Of a DNA stretch of 64,000 nt, positions 48,590-59,948 are shown piece by piece. This DNA is from Cyanophora paradoxa CCMP329 (lineage: Eukaryota; Plantae; Glaucophyta). The translations under genes and the position numbers were made by a program. Location: the NCBI GenBank assembly GCA_004431415.1, contig QPMI01000023.1, positions 124,001 to 188,000 on the forward strand, in the 5' to 3' direction. Each line of letters begins with the position of its first letter. Position 1 is the first letter of the stretch. The notes below the pieces were generated by a model. The model was given only the letters and a program-made list of their open reading frames with translations, was not told where the DNA came from and ran no database searches.

Positions 48590-51500
48590 TTACTGGCGGA
48601 GGGCGATCGCAGCGACGACGGCCGCGAAAGCGACCGCCGCGGACGCGAAGGCGCCCCAGCGGGCCGACGGCGCCCCCACGGCCCCGCTGGACGGCCGTGG
48701 CGGCGCCGTCGAGTTCGATGGCGCCTCTCCCGCCATCAAAGCGTACTGCGCCCGGAAGCCGCCACCAAAAGGAAGTTAAATTCCGCGGCAATGCGATGCT
48801 GGGCCGGGCCGGGGCCGGGCGCGGGTACGCACCGCGCTCAGGTGGTTGCAGGTGGCCGTGTACACTGAGGCGCCGGCGGAGGCGGCCGCGGGCGCCGCGC
48901 GGCCGCACGCCTTCCACGCCCCCGCCGCCTCGTCGAAGAAGCCGAGGGACACGTTCTGGGCCTTCGCCGCGTCGAGCGCCCCCGAGAGGGGCAGCTCGAA
49001 GGCGATCCCCGAGGGGAAGCTGGTCAGCGCCGCCGCGTTGCCGGCCGCGTCCAGCGCCGTCGCGAATATCTCGTACACGAGCGAGGCGAGGGAGTACCCG
49101 CCCGGCGAGCCGTAGGCGGACGCCGCGCGGGCGTTCACCGACACCTGCCGGAGGCAACGGTCCGGGTCAAAGAAACAGGAATGAGTTCGAGCGAAACGGG
49201 GTCCAATCACCTGGAAGTCCGAGGCGGCGGCGTCTGTCGGGAATCGGATCTGCGGGGGATTGATGAGCACTGAATTCGAAATGGGACCCGATCGCGAAGC
49301 ATCTCGATCGCGCACTCTGGCTGACTGGAAGGAGACGGTCAGCGACTGAGCGTCCCTCCCCGGGCAGACCTGAACGGCGCGGCGAGGGCCGTGCTCTCAC
49401 ATTGCTCGAAATGTGCGACGTAATTCACACGCCGACCTTGAAGCGCAGCGGCTCGAAGCTTAAGCCCGCCGCGGCGGTCGACGTCGACGTCTGGTTGCCG
49501 CAGGCGGCCGAGGTGTCCGCGAGGGTGATCTGGGCCGACGCCCTGTTGAGCGCCTGCTGCGCCTGCGTCCGCGCGGCCGCCGCCGCCTTCGAGGTCGGGG
49601 GCAGCGACGCCAGGATCCCGGCGAGGCCCGACTGCAGCCCCTGCGCAAAAAGTATGAACAGCTGCGTGGGGTCTAAGATATAAAGCCAAAATGGGGTAGA
49701 AAAGTATTCACGGCTGCGTCAATGCCAGCGGTCGTGGCCAGTTTCTGCAGAAAGCGAATTTTAATGAATGAACAACTAGGAAAAAGAAAATAAAGCAAGG
49801 TTGAAGTCACTGCAAGCAGCAGATTCTGCGCACTGGATTCGCGTCGACGGCTTTCATGAGGAGAGTTGCGCTCTTGATCGCGTCTTCCTCCTTCAAAACA
49901 ACACGCGCGTAAGCAGGACACATAAAGAAAAACTTAATGTGTAGCAGGCGCGCGCAACGCAAATTAAAGCTCAAGTACGAAGTCTTGAGCTTTAAAAGCT
50001 TTGAGCTTTAAAAAGCTTTGAGCTTTGATTTGCCATAGCTAGCAATTAAAGGCCATGGGCCGACCTTGAGGGCCGAAGTCTTCGCGGCCAGCGGGCTCAT
50101 GGCCGAGAAGAAGTTCACAAGGGCGCCGGCGTTCTGCTGGTTTGTTAGCGGCGCAGTCGGCCGGCCAGCCAAAGCCGACCGCTCACCGCTGTGTTGGCCA
50201 GGTCGACGCCTTCCAACAATTTGCTGACGGCCTGCGGAAGAATGAGAGATCGATCAGGATCCCCAATTACAATAAGAGCGTAATCAATGGGACAGAGGTC
50301 CGCACGGCGATCAGGTTCGACAAGGCCGTAGCGAGCTCGGCGGCGCCGGCGGCGTTGGCGTTGGTCTGTAGGAGCGCCCGCTGCTGGACGCGGCGGAGGG
50401 CCGTGTTGTTCAGCTTCGCGAAGAAGGCCTTGAGCGTGCCCAGGAGCGAGAGGAGCCGCGACATCCTGGCGTCGAAGGGGCCCGTGCCCTTCGCCATCAC
50501 ACTCCGACGTCAGCTTAGAACTCGCGAAATTTAAATCTGAAACGAACGCACGTTCAAGACGGCCTGGGTTTGCTGGATCAAGACGCTCACGAGGGCCTGG
50601 CGACGGCTCAAGATCGTCAGACTTGGCTCGCGATCGTCGGAAGGAAGGCGAGTTCAGAGACAGAGGAGCTAGTGCACCTTGAAGGCTTCCAGCGGGTCCG
50701 AGCCGGGCGAGGCCACCAGGGGCAGGACCTCGACCGCGGACGCGATCGCGAAGCGGGCCGAGAGCCTCGGCCGCGCGCTGTCCTCGACCAGCACCGTCAG
50801 CTTCGCCGTCTTCGCCGTGTCCGAGGTCTGAAGGAAAAGTACCAGGACTCGATTAGCAGCAATCGAAGTTTTGAAATTTCGTGGCAGCCTTTCGCTGACC
50901 GAAGTGAAGTAGAAGGTCATCGAGGCGGCGAGGGACGAGCGGACGAGGGCGTCTGTGGAGAGGTCCGAGTAGACGGAGTAGGCGAGCGGCGGGGAGGCCG
51001 AGAGCCAGCCCGTGCAGTTCACGGTCACGGGGTCCACGCCGGCCTTGGCCGACAGGGGGCCGACGACGCAGCTCCCTCCGGAGGGGGCGGCACCTGAGCG
51101 CGTTCTAGTCAATTGGGATTTAGAGTTGGGAGCGGACTGCGAAGCTATCCAGAATTCGGCGCGGGCGGTGGTCATGGAAAGCGGAAGCTTAATTAATAAT
51201 TCGATGCTTGGGTACCGAGGACGGGCTGCGGCGCCGGCGTAGGTGCAGGCGCCAGCGGAAGCGCCGACGGGCTTGGCGAAGGGCTGGGCGACGGGCTCGG
51301 GCTGGGGGTCGGGCTCGGGCTGGGCGTTGCGCTCGGAGTAGGCGACGGGCTCGGAGTGGGCACGCAGTTCACTGCGGGGTGTCCTTGCTCGATTAGCGAT
51401 AGACAGATGAAACAAGTCTCCGAAAACGCGGACCAGTCCCCGTGGCATTAAAACCACCATTTATCGTTGGATCCTGGTAGTCAGCCTGGAAGACGACGAA

Positions 51501-53148
51501 GAGCTTCGCGGAGGGTCCCGATGCGGCGAATGCGGGGAGACTGGCGACGTTGACGGCGCCTGAACCGATGCCTTTGGTCGTTGTCGTTAGATTGTTGAAC
51601 ACCGTCCCGACGAACGAGTACACCTGATCATGAGTTAAATAATGATCAATACATATTGAAACAAGCTAAGATTAAGCGGAAACAATGATCAATTGAGCAC
51701 TCACGAACGCTGTGTCAGCCGGATCCGGTTTGGCCGACCCTTCGACGGACTCGAAGTCAACGTTCTTAAAGGACAGAGTCACGTTGCTGCTGTTCGCGCA
51801 GCTCGTGGGCACTTCAAAGACCCTGCCGGACGGTCGCAGTCAATTTTCTAAATTGAAAGACGGTTAGTGCAGTGGCCAGCCCGCACCAGACGCCGAAGTT
51901 GCCCAGACTATAAGGTCCGTAGCTGATGGATGCCGTCGTGTTGTACTTGACAGCAGTGTAGCCTGTGACTGCGTCGCAGTTCGCGCAGTCCGTGTAGGGT
52001 CCCGGGGATTCATGCTTGACAAAGACTTCGAGCGCCGGTGCCGCCGTCGGGGTCGCTGGGGGAGCCGCAAGTAGCCCGTCAGAGCTAGCGGTGCATGTAC
52101 ATGTACATGTACAGCATAGATACAGGCGCTTACTTCCAGCTTTAGGAATGCTCCAATACCGCGCCGCGAAGCTCCAGGACTCGTAGACGTGCCAGAAGAA
52201 AACCAGCACATTTGAGGAGCGCGAGGTCACCACGGAGCCGTCGGTTCTGAGGCTGCTGCCGATGGCCAGCAGAGCCGGCGGGGAAACGCCGACGTCCACG
52301 ATCTGTGTGCTCATGATCATGATCACAAGCTATACAATTAGTTTCTGCAAGCTTGAGCTCAGGGCTCATGGAGGCTAGGGATTCGGGCGGCGGCGGAGGG
52401 GGCAGGGGAGGGGGGGGGGGGGGGGGGGGGGCGAGTCCAGGAGTCCGCTTGTGGGGGGAAGGAAGGAGAGGAGCGGGAGAGGGGGGAGGGGGGCTGCGGG
52501 GATTGAGAGGTGTGGGAGAAGTGTGTGGACGGGGGGCCGGGGGTAGAAGGGTCATGGGGGGGGGAGGAGGAGGGAGGGAGCTCGAGGGAGGGGTGGGGGG
52601 GGAGGGGGTGGGGGAGAAGCTTTCTGCCCAGTAGCCCTGGCCCTGCAGCTGGCATGAATGCACGAGCGGACCTTTACGCCGGTTCCGTTGTAGTGATATG
52701 TATTATATGTGTATCCAGTCCTCTGATGAGGCAACTCCTGAGTAACGAACTCTATGCGGACGACCTCGCCGGCCGCTGCCGTGATGGCCCTGCGCAAACG
52801 TAAACGTGAGATTGGAAACTCATTATTGTGCTCATGCGCTCGCGACTCATTATCATGATGCGTAGGCTCTCTGTGCTCGTGACTCATTGTCACTGAGACG
52901 GCGCACCACGCATACGAGTCCTCGATGCGGTTGCCGTAGTTGCTAGTGTAACTGACGTTCAGCCAGGCCGGCGTGGAGGAGGCGACCAGCGCTCCCGGCT
53001 GCGTGCTCTGGGCCGAGAGCTGGCCGCTGACCACGGCCAACGGGGCCAGAATGCAGCTGCAGGCTAGGGCGCAGGCGATGATGCTGTAGCTGGCCCCAGC
53101 CGCGGCCGGCGGCCGCGGCCGCGGCGCCGGCGGCATGACAGCAGTCAT
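48590..53148 (-). CDS. Surface protein, copy B: signal peptide, 2x CUB-like, Pro/Ser linker, REJ-like region, GAIN/GPS motif, C-terminal hydrophobic (GPI-like) tail
   Basis: REJ-like APSGGSCVVGPLSAKAGVDPVTVNCTGWLSASPPLAYSVY. GPS-like LGFFDEAAGAWKACG...YTATCNHLSA, then (after a GT-AG intron) YALMAGEAPSNSTAPPRPSSGAVGAPSARWGAFASAAVAFAAVVAAIALRQ-TAA (48592-48590). Confidence 0.8.
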
Positions 53149-56100
53149 GATCTACTGCTGCTGATGTCGATGATCTGGTATGATGGTCTAACAATCTGCG
53201 CCGCCGCGCGCGGCTCCGATTCAAACCTCGGCGCCGGCTCGTCCGATGCTCCTGGGCCTCCTGGCTCTAGCACTTGCCGGCGGCAGCACTCTGCAGAAGC
53301 AGACTGCGCAGCCGCTGACGACTCGGCACACGTACGGCGCGGCGGATGGGCCGGCCGCGCGCGGGGCTACGACGTCCGACGTCCGACGGGGCTCCGCGTG
53401 TGGCGCACCGGCTCAGCTATCGTCTTGGCTCGCGGCGTCCGCCAGGGAGCTGCTGCCGCCGCCTGCCGGAGACCGTCGGACGTAACTGCCGCAGTGCCAA
53501 GTTGGCCAGCGCGGGGGTACAGCGTTCAGAATGTGTCGGAGCCTGGCTTCAAGGCTGGTACGTGCTTACGCATGCGCACAGTGGCGCCGCGCACGCAGTC
53601 TAGCTCTAGCGACCGTACGCGTCTTCAAGGCTTCGTCTTCTAGATGCGCGCGCGCGCGCGCAGAACGTATTAACTTAAAGCTTCGGCAGAAGCAAACATG
53701 CTTTTGCAAAAATGCATTTGGCCGTGGAGGGCGCAACCCGCCGCTGCAGGACCGGAGTAGCGCGGCGACCGGCGCCGGCGCCGGCGCCCGCTGCAGGCCT
53801 AGGCGGCCCGGCGCGCGGCGGCCCGGCCTACCTTCAGCGCAGCTGCTGCAGCGCGGCGCGGGCGGCGGCGAGGCGCTCGAAGGGCGGGTCCACTGTGGCG
53901 CTCGCCGGCAGCCGCTCCCGCGGGACATCCAGCGCCCTGCGCACAGGCCGCTCGCCTCGCCTGCCTCAGCTCAGCTGGAGCGCACGTGCGGGCGCGCCTG
54001 ACGAGCGGGGGTACAGGAGGGCGGCGTCCAGGAAGGCGGCGGCCTCCGGGCCGACCAGGCGGCCCCGGCCAGACGCGGACGGCGCAGCGCCCGGGAGGGC
54101 CGCCAGGGCGCCCGCCACGTCCGCGGGCGAGGCCGGGGCGGACGGGGCGGACGAGCCGGGCCGCGAGCCGCGGATCGGGCAGCGCCTCAGCCAGAGCTCC
54201 CGCAGCGAGGCCACGCCTGCGGCAAAAGCTGAGGCTGGGGGTCGGGAGGGCATCGCGCCGGGGGTACCGACACCTGCGAGGGAGCGGAGGGCGGCCGGGC
54301 GCAGGGGGCACCCCTCCAGAGTGATCCTTTCGGAAGGGGGGTACGCATTAGACGAGGGGAAAGAGGTGCGAGAGGTAGGGGGGGGCGGGGCGCACTCGGC
54401 GAGGCCGGCGAGGGCCGGGGCGTCGGTACCCCCCTCCATCTCGAGGGGCAGGGGCTCGCAGGAGACGAGGGTGAGGGAGGGGGCGAGGGCCCAGTGTACC
54501 CCCGCGAAGGCGGCGGGGGCGAGGAGGGAGAAGGCGGCCTCGGAGGGGTACGAGGTGAGGAGGGCGCGGCAGCGGAGGCCGGCGGCGGCGGCGGCCCGCA
54601 CTGAGGCCTCAAAGGGAAGCTCGAGGGTGTGGGCGAGCCGCAGCCGGGGAGCCCGCCCCAGCGCCCCCTCCAGCGCGCCCGCCTGCAGCACGGCCCCCAG
54701 GCGCTCAAGTGATTTCAGCGCCGGCAGCTGCAGGCGGGCCGGAAAGCGCGTCAGATGGGGAGGGGGGGAGGAACGGCCGGGGGTACGGCCGCGGACCAGC
54801 TTGGGATCGTCGACGCGGGCGAAGACGGGCGGGGACAGCGGCCGACGGTAGCGGACGCTCAGCTCGCGCAGTCCGTCCGCGAACGGCGCCTGGCGCCGAG
54901 GTCAGAAAAAAGGGGGGGAGAGAACCCGAGGGGGGTACCGCGCCTTGTTGAGGCGGAGGGCGGAGGCGACGTGCTCGAGGCCGGAGCGGGCGAAGGGCGG
55001 CTCGCGCGGGAGGAGCACGTCCAGAGCCTCCAGCGACTCCGGCGCGGCCGCGAGCGCCCGCCACAGGTGCAGGCCGTCCAGGTCCAGGGGGGTACCCCCG
55101 GCGACGCAGCGGAGGGCGAGGGAGCGGGCGCCGGCCCACGCCGGCCGCGCGAGGATCTCGGCGGCGTCGCGAGCGGACACGGCGTCCCGCGCCGCGTGCT
55201 CGAGCTCCGCCGCCTCGGCGCGCAGCTCCGCCTCGTACGAGGGCAGGTGGCTCCGCCCCAGCTCGCCCCGGAGGGCGGCCAGCCGGCGGCGCAGCTCGCC
55301 GCGGAAGGCCGCGCCCTCGAGCACGTCGCCAGCAACGCTGCGCGTCCCGCGCCGCTCAGCGCTCGAATCGCGGGGTCGTTTTCGATGAAGCGCACGTCAG
55401 GACGAGGCGGGCCGGCGGGGGTGCTTCGCGGGCGACGGAGCGCCATCGCCTGCAGACGGCGGCGGCCCTCAGGCGGTCCAGCGGGCCGTCGAGGAGCGCC
55501 AGCATTGCCGCGAGGACGTCCCTCGGCACGGCCCGCGTCGCCGCGTCCGCCTCGCCGTCCCCGTCGTCGGGCCCGCCGTCCGCGTCTGTGAGGGCTTCCG
55601 TCAGAAAGAGCTTTCTGCCGGCGGGAAACGAACACGTACATGCGCACCCGAGGGTCGGTCGGGAAGGCCGGGCCTCATGATCACCGGCAGCTCCAATCGG
55701 CCGCTAACTGACGCGTAATGTGCAGAGCTGTGCAGAGCAGTAAAGCTGAGAAAGCTGAAGCTGAGCAAAGCTGAGAAAGCTCCGACGCGGGGGTACGTGC
55801 AACAGGCAGGGCCAACTCCGGCCCAGCCCCGGCCACTCCGAGCGTCTTAAGCGAGTGAACTCGCTTAGCTAAACAGATTCGAGCAGCTTCCGGAACCGCC
55901 TTAGCTCGGCGAGGCGTCCGGGGCTTCCTCGACTTGCAGCCGAGTGACGGCCCAACGCAGCGCGTGCGAGGATGAAGTTCGGAAAGCGCCTCCGCGAGAA
56001 TGCTGTTCCCGGTTCGTTCCTCGCGCTAGAAGTTTGGCGGCCGCGCCGCCGCGGCGCCGACCTGGAACGGAGCATGCGAGTCGGCCCGGCAAGCGTCGTC

Positions 56101-59072
56101 TGCGCCTGCAAAAGAAAGAGCGATCGACATAGCATCCGAAGCCTGCCCTCCAAAACCGCTGCTCGGACTCGCTCCCGCGCGGCCGCTGATCCCCGGCCGC
56201 AATCGCTGCAGAGTGGAACTCCGCTTACATCGACTACAAGAGCCTGTGCGTCGCCCTGCTCCCGCCTGACGGGGCTCCGGCCGCCCAGTGACGTCGCCGC
56301 CCCCTCGCAGGAAGCGGCTGATCAAGGCCCGCCGCGCCCCGCCGCTGCCTCTGACGCCGCTCTATCACAAGCTCACGCGCGGCGCGGCAGGCCATCAAAG
56401 CCGAGCGGCAGGCGGCGGTCGATCGGTGCGCGGATCAAATTCGGATGCGAGGGGCGGGTCGCGCTCCTCCGGGCTCGAACCCGCGCGCCGCAGGACGCGG
56501 GAGGCCCTCCCGATCGAGTACCGCCCCGCTGCGCCCGAGCCGCCGCCGGCCGCGGCCGAGCAGCTCCTCGCGCGCGTGCTCCAGCCCCTCACCGGCTCCT
56601 CCCGCGGCGTACCCCCCTCCGTCGCGCCCGGGCCCGGCACCTCCCCGCGCCCGCCCACGGTGCCCCCTGCCGCCCCCTCCCGCCCCCTCCCGAGCCTTGA
56701 CGCGCGCCCACCGCCCCGCGCGCGCCGCAGGCCGACGGCATCGGGGCGGACATGGTACCCGACCCGGCGAAGCAGCGTGCGCGTACCCCGAAACGGCTTG
56801 TACCCCACTCCCCGAAACTCGGTACCCCGCAGTCGCCCGGCGCCGCAACCGCTTCTGCTCCGCCGTGAAGATGGTCTCCCTCTGGCGCTCCTGGGCGTGC
56901 GTACCCTCCCCCCGCCCCTCCTCCCCGCCTTCCCCCCAAACCAACGGCTCCCCCCCCCCCCACCCAAAGATCCGGGAACTCGGAGCGCCCGTCTCCCGCC
57001 GAGGCGGCCTTCCTCGAGGCCCTCGAGAGCGAAACTCGGAAGGTGCGCTCCGCACCCGAACCCCCCCCCCCCCCCCCGCGAATTTGAGTTCAAAGAGTCG
57101 TACCCCCGCAGGCGGCGAACTTCTACGTGGCAAAGAGCGAGCAGATCCAGGGGCAGTACGCCGACATCCGGAGGCAGATCGCCGCGTACCAGGTCCGCGT
57201 ACCCCCCTCCGGCTTGTCCCCCTTCCCTTTCTCGAGCCCATTCTTTCCGCAGCGCGCCGGCAATTCCGCGACGGTCGAGGCGCGCCGGGCTATCCTGGAG
57301 GTGCGGCGTACCCCCCCCCCCGCTCCCCGATATCGTACCCCCTCCCCGGCCCACGACGGCCGCGTACCCCCGTTCCCAGACCTGCGTCAAGTTCGTCCGC
57401 GTCCTCGACATGCTCGAGGTGCGCGGCCCTACCCCATCTCCCGATTCCTGTACCCCCCCCCCTCACCCCACGAACCCCAGAACCGCTTCCGCCTCCTGAA
57501 CGTCATGGCCGCGACCAAGGCCGTCAAGGCATCCATCCCCCTTCTCCCGTACCCCCCGCGTGATCCTCCCCCCGACAGAAATACGACAAGGTGACGCGCA
57601 GGCGGACGCTCGCCTCGTTCCGCGCGGCGCTCGACCAGGTGCGGCCGGCGTACCCGCCCCCCTTCGATCTAGTCGGGCCCGTAGCCAGCGTCCGCCTGGT
57701 CCATCCCCCTCCGGCGGGCCCGGCTGACGCCCCGCCGCGCCCCACACCCCGCCCCGCGCGCCTCTGGCGGCCTGGCCCGGCGCCGGCCCGGCCGACGCCG
57801 CCCCCGCCCCTCCGCAGATGCCGGGGCTCTCGTCGGACCTGCTCGAGCACCTCCGCTCCGACATCACCGCCCTCGTCGGTCCGCCCCGCCCCGGCCCGCC
57901 CCGCCCGCCCCGCCCCGGCCCGCCCCGCCCCGCCGCCTCTTCGAAGAGCGGCGCATCCCTTAATCTGGAGCGTACCCCTGGACCGCCTACGTGGCTAAAT
58001 CTGGAGGACGAACCCAAGTGGCTCTGGACCGCCCCCCCCCTCCCCCCCCCCCCCCCCCCCCCGCCCCTTGAGCGCCTCAGTGCCGCCCCTCCGCTTCTTC
58101 TCTAGTGCCTGCAGCCTTTAGCCTAGACGATGCGGCCCGGCTGAACCCGCCCGGCTGACCGTCGGACCCGACCGGCACCGGCAGCGAACGCGTTCTACGG
58201 GGCGAACGCGCGGGCGGCGCGGGAGCGGCTGCGGGTGGAGCCCCCCGCCGCCTCCTCCGAGCACGTGCGTCCAGAACAGAGGGAGAGAGAGAGAGCGCGA
58301 GAGCCCGAGAGGAGAGCGGAGCCGCTGAATAGCCGGGCGCCCCGGCGGCCCCAGCGCACAGCACGTGTTCCTGGAGGGGCTCTGAGGGGGGAAGCCTTAG
58401 GTGGCATAGGTGGCATAGACTCTGCCCTGTCTAACGACTCTAAGAGCGGCGCCCCTCGATATATGAAGGGCTGATCGCCCCCACCCCCGCCACCGCCCCT
58501 GCCCCTTCGCGCAGCACGTGTTCCTGGAGGGGCTCTACCTCGGCGTCTCCCTCACCCTCCTCGCCGCCATCGCCCTCGGGTGCGCCCTGCGCCCCCGGCG
58601 CCCCGTCGTCCCCCGCGGCCCCGGCGCCCCCTGTCGCCGTAGGCAGCAGCCCAGAGCGAGGGCTCCCCCTCGATTGGCAACTCGTTTGGGGCTTCGAGGG
58701 CCCTAGACGGGCTAGACTAGACACCTCCGTCCCGCTCCAGCCCAGCGAGCGAGAGCCGGCCTCGTGGAGCGTTCGAGCACTGGATCTAATCGAATCGAAT
58801 CGAATCTAATCTCAACGGCAGGGTGGCGCTGGCGCGGGAGGTGGACGAGCCGCTCCTGCGCGCCGTCTTCCCCGTCTTCCGCGGCCTCTGGTCCGCCTTC
58901 TCCCTCCCCTTCCCCTCCTCCGCTTAGAAGAAGAAGAAGAGCGGCGCTAAGAGGCTCCGCCCCGCTCCGCCCTGCTCGCTCCTCCTCTGAGGCCTGGGGC
59001 GACGGGCGGGCAGCGTGCTGGTGGCGTACCTCTGGTGCTTCGGCGCCATCGTCTTCGTGTGCGTGGCTTCGG

Positions 59073-59103
<31 letters not shown>

Positions 59104-59948
59104 CGGGGCTCGCCCTCGCCCCCGCGCCCCCCCCCCCCTCCCCTTGGCGCGGCGCGGGCGTGGGCTTGGGCGGGGGCGGAGCCGCTCGCCCCCGCCCCTC
59201 GCGCGCCCCGGCCCACGCCCTGGTGCAGGATGGGGCGGGCGCGGATCAACTACCGCTTCATCCTCGACATCGCCCCCGACGTCGCCCTCGACCACCACGT
59301 CCTCTTCCAGGTGAGGGCGGAGGGGGAGGGAGAGGGGGGGGTAGAGGAGGGCGCCGACGGCCCTTGGCACCGCAGAACTGCGCGCTGCTGACGGCGGCGC
59401 TCTTCCTCGCCTTCTGGATGTTCTACTCCTCCATCTCCTCCGGCGCCGCCCTCTCCCTCGCCGTCCGCGCGCCCCCCGCCCTCCCGGCTCCGCCCTTCCA
59501 ACGCCTCTCCAGGCGGTGGCGCGGCCGCAGTACATCCCGCTGTACGTCTACGCGGCCTTCGCCCTCCTCGCCCTGGCCCCGCGCCTCCAGCGCACCCGCC
59601 ACCAGTCCGCACGCGCCCGCTTGAGGAATGCTTCCCCTGAGGACTGCTTCAGGTACTGCGGGGTGCTGCGGTGGATCGTGGCGACCCTGTTCCGCGTCTG
59701 GACGGCCCCCTTCGTCGAGGTCCGCGGCCCCCCCTTCACCCGCTTGCTCTCGCCGCTTCGCCCAGGCCCCTCTCATCTCGGGGCCTGACGCCGGCGTCCT
59801 TCCCCCCACCCTCCCCTCCCCGCCCCCACAGATCCGCTTCCGGGACGAGTGGCTGGGCGACCAGATGACCTCCACGGTCATCTGCATGACCGGTCCGCCG
59901 CCCCTTCACCCTTCGTTCGCCCGCGTTCCTCCGGGTTCCCGGATTCCC
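51212..59948. repeat. Segmental duplication, copy B (direct repeat of 25-8688)
   Basis: See copy A; offset is about 51.1-51.3 kb. Confidence 0.95.
53834..55678 (-). CDS. F-box protein with LRR/RNI-like C-terminal region, copy B (start codon unresolved)
   Basis: VPRDVLAAMLALLDGPLDRLRAAAVCRRWRSVA from 55529. Near-identical to copy A; stop at 53834. Confidence 0.65.
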
